Shown: positions 19,512 to 30,305 of the stretch, piece after piece | Layout of the letters: every line of letters begins with the position of its first letter | How positions within the stretch are numbered: the stretch's first letter is position 1 | Source: Pyrinomonadaceae bacterium | GTDB taxonomy: Bacteria > Acidobacteriota > Blastocatellia > Pyrinomonadales > Pyrinomonadaceae | Direction of reading: 5' to 3' | NCBI GenBank assembly: GCA_044229875.1 | Contig: JBGASE010000001.1 | Location: 29,639 to 93,638, forward strand | Length of the DNA: 64,000 nt | Translations under genes and position numbers: made by a program | Notes under the pieces: model-generated | Told to the model about the DNA's origin: nothing | Database searches by the model: none | What the model saw: the letters and a program-made list of their open reading frames with translations, nothing else

Positions 19512-19927
19512 TCGCCGATGATTTTGACCAGCACACGCTTGCGCCGGCCGCCGTCAAATTCGCCGTAGAAGATCTGCTCCCACGGCCCGAAATCGAATTC
19601 GCCTTCGGTGATCGCAACGACCACCTCGCGGCCCATTACCTGACGCTTCATGTGCGCATCGGCGTTGTCCTCGCCGGTATCGTTGTGCCGGTAAGAACGA
19701 ACCGGTTCGTGCGGTGCCAGCTTTTCGAGCCAGACTTCATAATCGTGATGCAGCCCGCGCTCGTCGTCGTTGATAAAAACCGACGCCGTGATATGCATTG
19801 CGTTGATCAATGCAATCCCTTCGGTGATCCCCGATTCGGCGAGGCATCGCCTGACGTCGGGCGTGATGTTGATGAACGCGCGGCGCGTCGGAATATCGAA
19901 CCAAAGTTCCTTTCGGTAGCTTTTCAC
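19508..19927 (-). CDS. YjbQ/UPF0047 family protein (secondary thiamine-phosphate synthase-like)
   Basis: GTG start at 19927, chosen 4 nt after the upstream gene's stop. This gives about 139 aa, the usual family length. Sequence [24 protein letters not shown]...[12 protein letters not shown]...[11 protein letters not shown]. Confidence 0.8.
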   Translation of the reverse strand: MKSYRKELWFDIPTRRAFINITPDVRRCLAESGITEGIALINAMHITASVFINDDERGLHHDYEVWLEKLAPHEPVRSYRHNDTGEDNADAHMKRQVMGREVVVAITEGEFDFGPWEQIFYGEFDGGRRKRVLVKIIGE

Positions 19928-19931
19928 GATT

Positions 19932-21677
19932 TCAGTTGCCGGTATTGAACACGGTCTTGAATGCCATTTTTGCCAGTTTCCAGGTGCGGTCGAGATCGAT
20001 CTTTCCGCCTTCCTCGTCACGCCCGAGCAGTTTGTCGACGACCAGTTTTCGCAGGTCGCGGCCTTCGCGCTTGAGCATGAATTCCTTTGCGTACGGTTTC
20101 GCAGTCTCGAAGAAGTTGAATTCCGGATCGGTGATGATGCCGATCCCCTCGAGCGTCATCAAGGCGCGCATGATGTAAGTGAAATTCGACGGCAGTCTGA
20201 ATGGATAATCGTACATGACGTCGGCCAGATCGTACGTCAGCTCCTTGAAATTCACCTCTTTGAGTTTCAGGTTCAGATGAAACCTGAACATCTTTTCGAC
20301 CACCGGCCGGACGATCTCCGGATTTGCGCCGGGCTTGAGAAAATCGAGCTCGATCAAATCCTGCGCGATCCCCGCCGGATCCTTGCCGACAACGTGGAAA
20401 AACGCATCGATCATTTTCGCCTGAAGTTTCGGCGTGATCCGTCCGACCATTCCAAAATCGAAGAACGCAAGCCGGCCGTCGGGCATGACCAGCAAATTGC
20501 CGGGATGCGGATCGGCATGAAAAAAGCCGTCTTCGAGAAGCTGTTTGAGATATGTTCTGATCAGCAATCGGTTCACCTTCTCGGGCGAAACGTTGCGCGC
20601 CATGAGTTCTTCAAGCGCGGTCACCTTTGTTCCGTGGATAAATTCCATCGTGATGACCTTTGACGTCGTCGCGCTCCAATAAATTCGCGGAACGTGAACG
20701 TTCGACCAGTCTCTGAAACTCTCGCGAAACCGATCGGCGTTGCGCCCCTCGGCCGCGTAATCCATTTCTTCGTGGATCGTTTCGTCAAACTCGCGGAGCA
20801 TTCCTTTCCAATCAGCGTTCTCGTTGAGCGCCGGAAAACGTTCGGCAAAATTCGCGACCTTTCGCAGAATCTCGATATCGCCGCGAATGATCCCGGCGAG
20901 ATTCGGCCGTTGGACCTTGACCGCAACCTCTTCTCCGGTAAACAGCTTGGCGCGATAGACCTGACCGAGACTTGCGGCCGCGACCGGTTCGATGTCGAAT
21001 TCCTCGTAAACCTCGTTGATCTTCTTTTCGAGTTCCTTTTCGATCCGCGCAAACGCGATCTCGTTCGGAAACGACGGAACCGAATCCTGGAGTTCGCCGA
21101 GCGCTTTGACGAACGGAAGCGGAAGCAGATCGGGGCGCGTTCCCATCGATTGGCCGATCTTGATGAACGTCGGGCCGAGCTCGATCAGTTTTTCCTTGAG
21201 CCAAACCGCCTGTCTCTCCTGATTCAGCTCCTTGTTCCGTTCGGAACCGAACATGAACCGCCGCAGAATGAGCATGAACCAGTGAAAAACGGTCAGCCGC
21301 AGCCCGTAAAGCCACTCGCCGCCGACCGCCATCCGCGTCAGTCGACGTGCGGTTTCGATCCGTGCTTCGGCCTGCTTCAGATGCTGCGCGCGATGAACGT
21401 CGTATTGATCGAGATAGAGATAAAGCGCGAGTTTGCCGAGAACCGCGGAAACGTGAAACAGTCGGAAATAGCCGCGCCAACCGCGATAGCTGAGTTCGAC
21501 CTCAGTTTCCTTTTCGATCAGAAACCGTTCTTCGGCGATCAACTGATCGTTCGTGACCTGTTTTGAAATCGGCAGCGATTTGGTCGGTACCAGATGCTGG
21601 TGACCGTTTTCTCTGTCGCCGTCGATGATCGGGACGATCGCCTTGTCTTTCACTGCCAAACCTGTTGTTTCATCCAT
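19932..21677 (-). CDS. ABC1/UbiB-family atypical kinase
   Basis: 581 aa. [46 protein letters not shown] motifs. Confidence 0.9.
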   Translation of the reverse strand: MDETTGLAVKDKAIVPIIDGDRENGHQHLVPTKSLPISKQVTNDQLIAEERFLIEKETEVELSYRGWRGYFRLFHVSAVLGKLALYLYLDQYDVHRAQHLKQAEARIETARRLTRMAVGGEWLYGLRLTVFHWFMLILRRFMFGSERNKELNQERQAVWLKEKLIELGPTFIKIGQSMGTRPDLLPLPFVKALGELQDSVPSFPNEIAFARIEKELEKKINEVYEEFDIEPVAAASLGQVYRAKLFTGEEVAVKVQRPNLAGIIRGDIEILRKVANFAERFPALNENADWKGMLREFDETIHEEMDYAAEGRNADRFRESFRDWSNVHVPRIYWSATTSKVITMEFIHGTKVTALEELMARNVSPEKVNRLLIRTYLKQLLEDGFFHADPHPGNLLVMPDGRLAFFDFGMVGRITPKLQAKMIDAFFHVVGKDPAGIAQDLIELDFLKPGANPEIVRPVVEKMFRFHLNLKLKEVNFKELTYDLADVMYDYPFRLPSNFTYIMRALMTLEGIGIITDPEFNFFETAKPYAKEFMLKREGRDLRKLVVDKLLGRDEEGGKIDLDRTWKLAKMAFKTVFNTGN

Positions 21678-21761
21678 CGTAAATCCTTCGCAAGAACAGT
21701 CTTAGAATCACAAAAAACGAATCGGTTTGCAAAAAAGTTCGTTCACGGGCGGGAATTGCCT

Positions 21762-22715
21762 TCAGGCGAGTTCGAGTTGGTTTGCGACGCCCTGACGTTT
21801 GAAATAACGAAGCGCGGTTGCCGAATCGATCTGAATCTGCGATTTGAGTTCGTCGATCCCCGAAAACTTTCGTTCATCGCGGATCCGGTACAGAAATCTG
21901 ACGCGGAGCACGTCGCCGTAAAGATCGCCGTCAAAATCGAAAACAAAGGTCTCGATCGACGGCATTTTCTCGTCATCGAACGTCGGTCTGACACCGACGT
22001 TCGTGATACTTCGTCGCCAGACGCCGTCGATCAGCGTCGCCGTTGCGTAGACTCCGAATTTCGGAATGACGCGGTTGACCGGTTTCAGATTCGCTGTCGG
22101 AAATCCGATCGTCCGGCCGCGTTTGTTGCCGTGAATGACCTGGCCTTCGACACCGTACGGGCGGCCGAGCATGCGTCGCGCCAGATTCACCTTGCCGTCG
22201 GCCAAAAGGCGTCGGATGATCGACGACGAAATGCGAGTTCCGCGCAATTGGACTTCGTCAACTTCGTCGGCCCGAAACCCGAGCCGATCGCTAATTTCCC
22301 TCAGAAGTCCGATATTTCCTGATCGGTTCTTCCCAAACGCGAAACCGGCGCCGAGATAGACTTCGCGGGCCTGCAGCCGTTCGTGAACGACGTCGGCAAG
22401 AAACCGCTCAGCGTCGATCGCGGCGAAGTTTTCGTCGAATCGGATGACGATGGCCTGTTTGATACCGAGAAATTCAAAATTCGCCAGCCGTTGATCGAGG
22501 GTCTGAAGCAGCGGCGGCGCACTCGCCGGATGCAGAACGGCACGCGGATGCGGATCGAACGTGAGCACGGTCGGGACAGTTCCGGTTACGGCGGCGCGCT
22601 CGACGACCGTCTGCATGATCCGCTGATGGCCGACGTGAAGACCGTCAAAAACGCCGAGCGTGAGCGTCGTGCCGCGCAGAATTCCCGCATTGTCAGTTCC
22701 GTGAAATATCTTCAT
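21762..22715 (-). CDS. ribF: bifunctional riboflavin kinase / FMN adenylyltransferase
   Basis: 317 aa. LTLGVFDGLHVGHQ in the N-terminal FAD synthetase part, and GFPTANL...ETFVFDFDGDLYG in the riboflavin kinase part. Confidence 0.95.
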   Translation of the reverse strand: MKIFHGTDNAGILRGTTLTLGVFDGLHVGHQRIMQTVVERAAVTGTVPTVLTFDPHPRAVLHPASAPPLLQTLDQRLANFEFLGIKQAIVIRFDENFAAIDAERFLADVVHERLQAREVYLGAGFAFGKNRSGNIGLLREISDRLGFRADEVDEVQLRGTRISSSIIRRLLADGKVNLARRMLGRPYGVEGQVIHGNKRGRTIGFPTANLKPVNRVIPKFGVYATATLIDGVWRRSITNVGVRPTFDDEKMPSIETFVFDFDGDLYGDVLRVRFLYRIRDERKFSGIDELKSQIQIDSATALRYFKRQGVANQLELA

Positions 22716-22720
22716 CGCGT

Positions 22721-23485
22721 TCAGCCTTCGACCACCATTTCATCGTACGCAAAACTCACGTTGTCAGGCAAAAGCCGCGAGTCACGGGAGTGCAGCACGT
22801 CATGATTGAGATGCGTCAGGAAAGCCCGTTTGGGCTTCAGATCTTCGATGTAGGCCAATGCTTCGTCGAGACAAAGATGCGTCGAATGCGGCTTGAACCT
22901 GACGCAATCGAGCACCAGCACGTCAAGATCCCGAAGTCCGTCCATCGAATCCGGCGGAATCGTTTTCAGATCGGTGGCGTAAGCAAAATCGTTGAAACGG
23001 TAAGCGATGACCGGCAGTTTACCGTGGATGACTTCAAGCGGCGTGACCTCGAGCCCGTTGCCGAATGAAAAGGTCGAGTTGTGGACGACCGTGTGCGGAA
23101 TCAGTTGCGGAAGTCCGCCGCCGAAATGCGTCGGCTCAAAAATGTAGCGAAAAATGCGCTTGAGGTCTGTCCACGCGATTTCATTGGCGTAAACTCCCAT
23201 CGCGCCGTAGCGGAAATTGAAAGGCCGGATATCGTCAAGCCCAAAAACATGATCAACGTGGCAGTGCGTGATGAAAACTGCGTCGAGCCGTTTGAGCTTC
23301 GCGCGCAGCGCCTGCTGGCGGAAATCGATTGAGGTGTCGACCAGAATCTGCTGACCGGCATGCTCGATCAGGACCGAAACGCGAAGCCTTTTGTCGCGCG
23401 GATCGTCCGACCGGCAGGTTTCGCATTCGCATCCGATGGTCGGAACTCCGGTTGATGTTCCGGTGCCGAGAAAAGTAAGTTTCAT
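22721..23485 (-). CDS. MBL-fold metallo-hydrolase (PhnP-like)
   Basis: 254 aa. MKLTFLGTGTSTGVPTIGCECETC and the HxHxDH motif (ITHCHVDHVFGL). Confidence 0.85.
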   Translation of the reverse strand: MKLTFLGTGTSTGVPTIGCECETCRSDDPRDKRLRVSVLIEHAGQQILVDTSIDFRQQALRAKLKRLDAVFITHCHVDHVFGLDDIRPFNFRYGAMGVYANEIAWTDLKRIFRYIFEPTHFGGGLPQLIPHTVVHNSTFSFGNGLEVTPLEVIHGKLPVIAYRFNDFAYATDLKTIPPDSMDGLRDLDVLVLDCVRFKPHSTHLCLDEALAYIEDLKPKRAFLTHLNHDVLHSRDSRLLPDNVSFAYDEMVVEG

Positions 23486-23543
23486 GTTCGGAGTCCCGTC
23501 GTGTTCCGTTCAGCGCCGGCCGATTCGTGCGCCGAACCCCGAA

Positions 23544-24065
23544 CTACTTCTTGCCCAGAATATCGCTCGCGGAGAATTTCTTCGCCGCCTGTTGCTTCAG
23601 CCGTTCCTCGGTTGCGCGGACAAGCTGGACATACTGCATTCTCAGGTCGGCAAGTAAACCGTCGAGCAGTCGGGCCTCCTTCGGATGAAGATTGCCGTTC
23701 GTTTTCTCGCGCAGCATGCCGAGAACGTCAAGCCAATATTTGCCGGAATCGAGATCAAGTTGCCGTTGGCCCGTTGCGGGATGCGGCATCGCGCCGAGCG
23801 CCGCGGCCGCGTTTGTCGCCAGCGTTGAAAGAAAATTCACGAAGCTCGCCGGATCATCCGCGCCCGGAATATCGTCAGATTCGGGTTCGGCAGGCAGTTC
23901 CGGCTCGGTCGCCGCCGCTGTCGGCACGGGCGCCGGTTCAACGACGGGGACCGGCTCCGGACGCGCCGGAGGCGGCTCAAAACCTTCACGCAGACTTCCG
24001 TCAAGGTTGAATTTGCGCCGATCGGTGACCTTTACCGCATTTTGTTCTTCTTCGTGTTCACTCAT
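23544..24065 (-). CDS. DUF1844-like protein
   Basis: 173 aa. Acidic N-terminus, Pro-rich linker and a conserved C-terminal block (FVNFLSTLATNAAAALG...GKYWLDVLGMLREKTNGNL) recalled as DUF1844. Confidence 0.65.
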   Translation of the reverse strand: MSEHEEEQNAVKVTDRRKFNLDGSLREGFEPPPARPEPVPVVEPAPVPTAAATEPELPAEPESDDIPGADDPASFVNFLSTLATNAAAALGAMPHPATGQRQLDLDSGKYWLDVLGMLREKTNGNLHPKEARLLDGLLADLRMQYVQLVRATEERLKQQAAKKFSASDILGKK

Positions 24066-24159
24066 AACTGCTGATCAATCTTCTGTTTGATAGTAGCATT
24101 TCGCCGAAAAAGAATTCAAAATCGATTCCAGCCGCGGATTCGTGGTTTGTGACTGAATT

Positions 24160-24960
24160 ATGTCGAAATCATTTGATGAATTGGTAAGCGTTATGACCCG
24201 GTTGCGTGCGCCGGGCGGTTGTCCATGGGATCGCGAACAAACTTACGGATCGTTGGCGCAGTATCTGATCGAAGAGTGCTATGAGACGTTTGACGCGATT
24301 CAGGAAGCCGAATCTACCGGTGCCACGCACAATCTCAGTGAGGAGCTCGGTGATGTCCTGCTTCAGGTCGTTTTCCACTCGGCAATCGGGGCGGAACGCG
24401 GTGACTTCACGGTCGACGACGTCGTCAAAAGCGTCACCCAAAAACTGGTACTCAGGCATCCGCATGTCTTCGGCGAAACGGAACTCGCGACGGCCGAAGA
24501 CGTTTTGAACAATTGGGATGATCTGAAAAAAGCCGAACGCGCCGCCGCCGGTAAGGAAGAGAAGACGCTCGATTCGATCCTCGACGAAGTTCCGGTTCAC
24601 TTCCCTGCGCTGCTTGAAGGGCAAAAGATCACGAAAAAGGCGGCGAAGGTTAAATTTGACTGGGAGAACGTCGAACAGATTTTCGACAAGCTCGATGAAG
24701 AAACGGTTGAGCTTCGCGAAGCGATCTCCTCGGGTTCGAATATCGAGGAAGAGATCGGCGATCTCCTTTTCGTCGTCGTCAATCTCGCCCGAAAACTCGA
24801 TATCGACGCCGAAACGGCGCTCCGGAAAACGAATCGGAAGTTCCGTACAAGATTCAGATTTATCGAGGACGAGCTGAAATCCGCCGGACGCTCTTTCGAA
24901 GACGCTGATCTTGCTGAACTCGACGGGATCTGGAACAAGTCAAAGCTAGGCGCCGTGTAG
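24160..24960 (+). CDS. mazG: nucleoside triphosphate pyrophosphohydrolase MazG
   Basis: 266 aa. CPWDREQTYGSLAQYLIEECYE and tandem MazG repeats (EELGDVLLQV; EEIGDLLFVVVNLAR). Confidence 0.9.
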   Translation: MSKSFDELVSVMTRLRAPGGCPWDREQTYGSLAQYLIEECYETFDAIQEAESTGATHNLSEELGDVLLQVVFHSAIGAERGDFTVDDVVKSVTQKLVLRHPHVFGETELATAEDVLNNWDDLKKAERAAAGKEEKTLDSILDEVPVHFPALLEGQKITKKAAKVKFDWENVEQIFDKLDEETVELREAISSGSNIEEEIGDLLFVVVNLARKLDIDAETALRKTNRKFRTRFRFIEDELKSAGRSFEDADLAELDGIWNKSKLGAV

Positions 24961-25004
24961 GTTCCGCGCAACGCCCGGCTATTTGTTTTCGCACCGGAAA
25001 CAAA

Positions 25005-25703
25005 TCAGTTCAGATCAAAGAGCAGGAATTCGGTTTCGTCGCTTCCGGCCCTCAGCGACAGTGCGCGTTCGTCGCTGATCGCGGCGCCGTCGCCGGCGTC
25101 AAGCGTCTCGCCGTTGACTTCCAGCGAGCCTGAAATCAGTTGGATCCAGACGTGCCGGTCGGCGGCGGGTTCAAATTCGACGCGTTCCCCGTTCGCCAAA
25201 ACCGACGCGTAGATCGAGACGTCCTGATTGATCGTCACTGAACCGTCGGTTCCGGCCCGCGATGCTACGAGCTTCAGTTTTCCGCGTTTTCCGTCACGCG
25301 GAAACGACGTCTGTTCGTAACCGGGTTCAAGATCCTCCGCTTCCGGCATGATCCAGATCTGAAGCAGATGCGTTTGTTCCGTCGGCGAACTGAACTCGCT
25401 GTGCCTGATACCGCGTCCGGCGGTCATCCGCTGAACTTCATCGGGAAGGATCGTCGTCCCGTTGCCCATCGAATCCTTGTGCGACAGTTCGCCGCGAATG
25501 ATGTACGTCACGATCTCCATGTCGCGATGTCCGTGCATCGGGAAACCTTGCGCCGGTTCGATGAAATCTTCGTTGATGACCCGCAGCGAGTGAAAGCCCA
25601 TGAACTTCGGATCGTAATAGGTGTTGAACGAAAAGGTGTGAAACGTATCGAGCCAGCCGTAATTCGCATGCCCGCGTTGATTTGCTTTTCTGACGTTGAT
25701 CAT
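25005..25703 (-). CDS. pirin family protein
   Basis: Start taken at the second ATG, 5 nt after AAGGAGG. GFPMHGHRDMEIVTYIIRGELSHKDSMGN cupin motif. Confidence 0.9.
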   Translation of the reverse strand: MINVRKANQRGHANYGWLDTFHTFSFNTYYDPKFMGFHSLRVINEDFIEPAQGFPMHGHRDMEIVTYIIRGELSHKDSMGNGTTILPDEVQRMTAGRGIRHSEFSSPTEQTHLLQIWIMPEAEDLEPGYEQTSFPRDGKRGKLKLVASRAGTDGSVTINQDVSIYASVLANGERVEFEPAADRHVWIQLISGSLEVNGETLDAGDGAAISDERALSLRAGSDETEFLLFDLN

Positions 25704-25814
25704 CATTTCCTCCTTGATCGAAGGATTTAGATTACACAATGAAACGGATCATTGCGTCATCAATCGAGGCGAGCGAAATCTAATACTTTCGGGGGAAGGA
25801 TGACTCGCGAAGTG

Positions 25815-26840
25815 CTATTTGACGGCCGATTCGAGAAACGTGACGGTCGCCGCGGACGTGTCGAGTTCGGCCTCAATACCCATCGGAAGCGTGAATTGTT
25901 CCCGGATATGCCCGAACGAGAGCCCGTAAATGACCGGAATCCCGAGATCGCCGAGCCGGTCGCGCAGTACATCGATCAGCGACTGCGTTGATGTGTCACG
26001 CGGATTGCAGTCTTCAAAGATCCCGAGCGCGATTCCGGCAAGCTGTTTCATGTCGATCGACTGGCGCAACTGCGACAGCATGCGGTCGATTCTGTAAGGC
26101 TGTTCACCGACGTCTTCGAGGAATAGCAGTTTTCCCTTGATGTCGCGCAAGCCATACGGTGTTCCGGCGAGCGCCGACACCAGCGAGAGATTGCCGCCGG
26201 TCAACTGTCCACGCACTTTGCCAGGCTTGATGACCTCGGTTTTGTAAAGATTCGAACTCTGCGCCCGATTGTACTCCGATAACTCGATACGATACGGCGA
26301 AACCGGATTCGTAAGCACGTTGAGAACATGCGTCTTTGTGTAATCGACCGGCGCCGACGTTCCGACCGGCCCGTGAAACGTTACAAGTCCGGTGTTTTGC
26401 GAGATCGCGATATGAAGCGCCGTTATGTCGGAATAGCCGATCAGGATCTTTGGATTTCTTGCGATGAGCTTGAAATCGATGTCGGGCAGGATGCGTCCGG
26501 CGCCGTAACCTCCGCGAACGCACCAGACTGCTTTGATCTCCGGGTCAGAAAATGCCCAATGGAGATCCGCGAGACGTTCCTGATCGGTGCCGGCGAGAAA
26601 TCCGTTGCGGTTACACGCCGATTTTCCGATCTTGATCCGGAATCCGTAAGACTCAAGGTTGGCAAGCGCCTTGTCGAATTCTTCTTTCGCGGGCGCGCTC
26701 GACGGCGCGATCACGCCGACCGTGTCACCTGATTTCAATCTGTTCGGTTTGATCATTTTCGATTTCGATCTGGCGCCGAGCGCCGGCGCGGCGATGAGCG
26801 GCAGTGCGACGGCCGATTTCAACAATTCTCTTCGGTTCAT
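25815..26840 (-). CDS. LD-carboxypeptidase (peptidase S66) with twin-arginine-like signal
   Basis: Start at MNRRELLKSAVALPLIAAPALG. GYSDITALH nucleophile motif and a GHI.. C-terminal histidine region. Confidence 0.85.
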   Translation of the reverse strand: MNRRELLKSAVALPLIAAPALGARSKSKMIKPNRLKSGDTVGVIAPSSAPAKEEFDKALANLESYGFRIKIGKSACNRNGFLAGTDQERLADLHWAFSDPEIKAVWCVRGGYGAGRILPDIDFKLIARNPKILIGYSDITALHIAISQNTGLVTFHGPVGTSAPVDYTKTHVLNVLTNPVSPYRIELSEYNRAQSSNLYKTEVIKPGKVRGQLTGGNLSLVSALAGTPYGLRDIKGKLLFLEDVGEQPYRIDRMLSQLRQSIDMKQLAGIALGIFEDCNPRDTSTQSLIDVLRDRLGDLGIPVIYGLSFGHIREQFTLPMGIEAELDTSAATVTFLESAVK

Positions 26841-26875
26841 AACGAATTTCCTCCAGGCAAAATCGGACTCAGGCT

Positions 26876-27505
26876 TCAAAAATCAACGCGTACCATGCCC
26901 CGTTTTATCGCCGTCGTCGCGGCCGACGTGCGATCCGAAACGTTCAGCTTTTCGAAAATATTCTTGACGTGCGTTTTGACCGTGTTCTCGGTGACGTCGA
27001 GCGCGAACGCGATCTCTTTGTTGCTCATGCCGCCGACGATCATCTGCAGCGTCCGGGTTTCGCTTCTCGTCAGTTCTTCGCTCCCGATATGCTCGCTGAG
27101 CACGGCCGCGATCTCGGCCGGGATGAATTTCGATCCCTTCGCGACCGTTTTGACCGCCCTTATCAGCCCAGGCGGATCGACATCTTTGCATACATAACCG
27201 AGTGCGCCTTTTTTCAGCGCCTTTGTGATCTCGGTATCGCCGGCATGATCGGCAAGGATGATGATCCGAGCTCGCGGATCGGCGGCGAAATAGCCGTCAA
27301 GAAAGTCGAGCGCGCACGAATCCGGCATTCTTAATCCGAGAATCGTAACATCGGGCCGCAGTTCCTTGAAGAGGCGGATGCCGTCGGTGCCGTTATCGGC
27401 TTCGGCGACAATCGCGAGCGACGGATCGGACGCGATGACGGATTCGATTCCGATTCGGATCAGTTTCTGATTTTCGATCAAAAGGATGCGGATCACTTCA
27501 GGCAT
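26876..27505 (-). CDS. NarL/FixJ (LuxR-type) response regulator
   Basis: 209 aa. Receiver domain (ILLIENQ...VTILGLRMPD) plus LuxR HTH (LTRSETRTLQMIVGGMSNKEIAFALDVTENTVKTHVKNIFEKL). Confidence 0.9.
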   Translation of the reverse strand: MPEVIRILLIENQKLIRIGIESVIASDPSLAIVAEADNGTDGIRLFKELRPDVTILGLRMPDSCALDFLDGYFAADPRARIIILADHAGDTEITKALKKGALGYVCKDVDPPGLIRAVKTVAKGSKFIPAEIAAVLSEHIGSEELTRSETRTLQMIVGGMSNKEIAFALDVTENTVKTHVKNIFEKLNVSDRTSAATTAIKRGMVRVDF

Positions 27506-27902
27506 TCGTTTTTGATTTTAGCTGAAATCCGCCGAATACATGAAGACCCGCACCGCCAAGGACAAGGTAAAGCGCGTTTCTTGAGTAATCGGAATAATTG
27601 TGAAGATCGTACGATTCGTGAGCAAACGCGTAAATCATTATAAGTCCGGCCGCCGAGATCAAAAAAGACCCGAAATACTGTAGATATGCACGAAATTTGC
27701 TGACTGAGACCTGAACGTACAATCCGACCATGAGATGTGTGACCGAAATCAGCAATATATAGATGTGCCGCGATCTCATCAGAACACGTAACTCCTGATT
27801 AATCAGCGACTTGTCCGGAAAATCATGACGCATGAACTGTCCCGTCACGAGAAACGCAACGAAAAGTGCCAAGCCGAACAATAAATGAAAGTAACGCAGC
27901 AA
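27498..27902 (-). CDS. small integral membrane protein (about 4 TM), unknown function
   Basis: 134-aa hydrophobic ORF. Overlaps the response regulator start by 8 nt and follows tkt by 2 nt. No family recognised. Confidence 0.5.
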   Translation of the reverse strand: MLRYFHLLFGLALFVAFLVTGQFMRHDFPDKSLINQELRVLMRSRHIYILLISVTHLMVGLYVQVSVSKFRAYLQYFGSFLISAAGLIMIYAFAHESYDLHNYSDYSRNALYLVLGGAGLHVFGGFQLKSKTNA

Positions 27903-27904
27903 GA

Positions 27905-29917
27905 TCAGATCAGCGATTTCGCAAGCGCAACCGCGTTATCAACCGTGAATCCGTATTCGCGGAAAACGACTTCAGCCGGCGCCGACGCGCCGAAGCGGTC
28001 GACCGCAAGCACGTTGCCGCCGTCGCCGACGTATTTCGACCAACCCATCGAAACGCCGGCTTCAATTGCCAACCGCGCGCTGATCGACTTCGGCAAGACC
28101 AACTCACGGTATTCGGCCGATTGCTCGTCAAACAATTCCCAGCACGGCATCGAAACGATGCGTGTCGGAATACCTTCCGATTCAAGTTGTTCGCGGGTTT
28201 CGAGCGCGAGACCAACTTCGGAGCCGGTGGCGATAATGATCAGTTTCGGCGCGCCTCCGGTCGCTTCGGCGAGTACATAAGCGCCTTTCGCTGTGCCTTC
28301 GGCCGAGGCAAATTTTGTCCGATCGATGAGTGCTGTCTTTTGCCTCGAAAACGCAAAAGCCGTCGGCGCGTGCCGCCGGTTGACGGCAATTCGCCAAGCC
28401 TCACGCGTTTCGTGTGCATCTGCGGGACGGATGACCGCGAGATTCGGGATCGCGCGAAGGGCGGCGATATGCTCAACCGATTGGTGCGTCGGACCGTCTT
28501 CGCCAAGACCGATCGAATCGTGCGTGAAAACGTAGATACACTGCGCGTTCGAAAGAGCCGCAAGCCTGATGGCGGGCCGCATGTAATCCGAGAACGTCAT
28601 GAACGTGCCGCCGAACGGTATCAGGCCGCCGTAGAGCGCGATACCGTTCATGAGCGAGCCCATCGCGTGCTCGCGAATGCCGAAATGGATGTTACGGCCC
28701 TGATAATTGCCGGGCTGATGCGATGTCGACGATTTGATGACGGTGTTGTTTGATGGAGCAAGGTCCGCCGATCCGCCGATCAGTTGCGGAAGTTTGTCGG
28801 CGATCGCGTTGATCACTTCGCCCGAATAGGCGCGGGTCGCTTTTGCCTCGGCGCCGTCGAACAAAGGAAGCGCCGTTTCCCAATCAGACGGAAGTTCGCC
28901 GGCTGCGATTTGCTTGAAAATCGCACCTTCGGCCGGAAAACGTTCGGCGTAGGCCGCGACGCGATCGTTCCATTCAGCCTCAAGTTCAGCGCCGTTCCCG
29001 ATCGCCGCGCGGAAATGCTCAAGAACGGCATCCGGAATCAGAAACTCGGCGTCTTCGTCCCAGCCAAGATTGCGTTTCGTCTCGCGAACGGCATCAAGCC
29101 CCGGCGCGTCGGAGTGAGCCTTGTTCGTCCCCTGCTTCGGCATCCCGAATCCGATCACGGTTTTGACGCGGATCAGCGAAGGTTTGTCATCGACTTCCTG
29201 CGCCTCAAGGATCGCCGCTTCGATCGCTGCGAGATCGTTTCCGTCTTCAACCGTCGAAACATGCCAGCCGCACGATTCAAACCGCGCCGTCACGTCTTCA
29301 GTGAACGCCAGATCGGTCGAACCCTCGATCGTGATCTTGTTGTCGTCGTAAAGATAAATGATATTTCCAAGCCCGAGATGACCGGCGACGGACGCCGCTT
29401 CGTACGAAATTCCCTCCATCAGATCGCCGTCGGAACAGATCGCGTAGATGTAGTTATCGACGACCGGAAAATCGGCTCGGTTAAAGGTCGCCGCGAGATG
29501 CGCCGAGGCGATCGCCATCCCGACGCCGTTCGCGAAACCCTGACCCAACGGGCCAGTCGTCACCTCGACACCGGCGGTCATGTGATTTTCAGGATGACCT
29601 GGCGTTGTAGAACCGAACTGGCGGAAATTCTTGATATCGTCGAGCGACACCGAATCGTAACCGGTCAGATGAAGCAGACTGTAGATCAGCATCGAGCCGT
29701 GTCCGCCCGAAAGAATGAACCGGTCGCGGTTGAACCACTTTGGATTCTTCGGGTTGTGCCAAAGGAACTTGGTCCACAGAACATAAGCCATCGGTGCCGC
29801 GCCGAGCGGAAGTCCCGGATGGCCGGAATTGGCTTTCTGAATCGCGTCGAGCGAAAGCGTGCGGATCGTGTTGATTGAAAGTTGTTCGATCGATTGTTGT
29901 GTCATCGTTGCCGTCAT
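27905..29917 (-). CDS. tkt: transketolase
   Basis: Start chosen at [55 protein letters not shown] motifs. Confidence 0.95.
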   Translation of the reverse strand: MTATMTQQSIEQLSINTIRTLSLDAIQKANSGHPGLPLGAAPMAYVLWTKFLWHNPKNPKWFNRDRFILSGGHGSMLIYSLLHLTGYDSVSLDDIKNFRQFGSTTPGHPENHMTAGVEVTTGPLGQGFANGVGMAIASAHLAATFNRADFPVVDNYIYAICSDGDLMEGISYEAASVAGHLGLGNIIYLYDDNKITIEGSTDLAFTEDVTARFESCGWHVSTVEDGNDLAAIEAAILEAQEVDDKPSLIRVKTVIGFGMPKQGTNKAHSDAPGLDAVRETKRNLGWDEDAEFLIPDAVLEHFRAAIGNGAELEAEWNDRVAAYAERFPAEGAIFKQIAAGELPSDWETALPLFDGAEAKATRAYSGEVINAIADKLPQLIGGSADLAPSNNTVIKSSTSHQPGNYQGRNIHFGIREHAMGSLMNGIALYGGLIPFGGTFMTFSDYMRPAIRLAALSNAQCIYVFTHDSIGLGEDGPTHQSVEHIAALRAIPNLAVIRPADAHETREAWRIAVNRRHAPTAFAFSRQKTALIDRTKFASAEGTAKGAYVLAEATGGAPKLIIIATGSEVGLALETREQLESEGIPTRIVSMPCWELFDEQSAEYRELVLPKSISARLAIEAGVSMGWSKYVGDGGNVLAVDRFGASAPAEVVFREYGFTVDNAVALAKSLI

Positions 29918-30040
29918 ATGTCTCGCAGATGGCCGTATTGGCTCGGAAGTACAAAATTGGAAATCGTAAAATAAATGATAGACCCGAAATCGCCTTTCGT
30001 CATTTCGGCACGCCACTTAGAAGGAAAATTCATATCATTG

Positions 30041-30295
30041 CTGAACCGCGCACGCAGTAAGCGGGTGTCAGCAAGCAGTAAGCGGCGAGCAGCGCGCAGT
30101 GCAGAACCGCGCACGCAGTAAGCGGGTGTCAGTAAGCAGTCAGCAGTGGACAGCGCGCAGTGCAGAACCGCGCACGCAGTAAGCGGGTGTCAGTAAGCAG
30201 TGAGCAGTAAGCGGCGAGCAGCGCACGCAGTAAGCGGGTGTCAGTAAGCAGTGAGTCGTGCAGTCAGACGCCAGACGTCAGTGAGCAGTGAGTGG
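30041..30295. repeat. about four tandem copies of a 61-nt unit containing the 29-nt motif GAACCGCGCACGCAGTAAGCGGGTGTCAG
   Basis: Units start near 30043, 30104 and 30165, with a degenerate copy near 30221. The inter-motif segments are also near-identical, so this is a minisatellite. It lies between the tkt start and the FGGY kinase stop. Confidence 0.9.
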
Positions 30296-30305
30296 GTACA
30301 GTTGG

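Noticed and set aside
30041-30295. Regularly spaced 29-nt repeats with a period of about 61 nt looked at first like a small CRISPR array.
   Set aside because: The segments between the repeats are nearly identical to each other, so they are not unique spacers. The repeat has no CRISPR-like palindromic core with varying spacers, and no cas genes are nearby. This is a tandem minisatellite.
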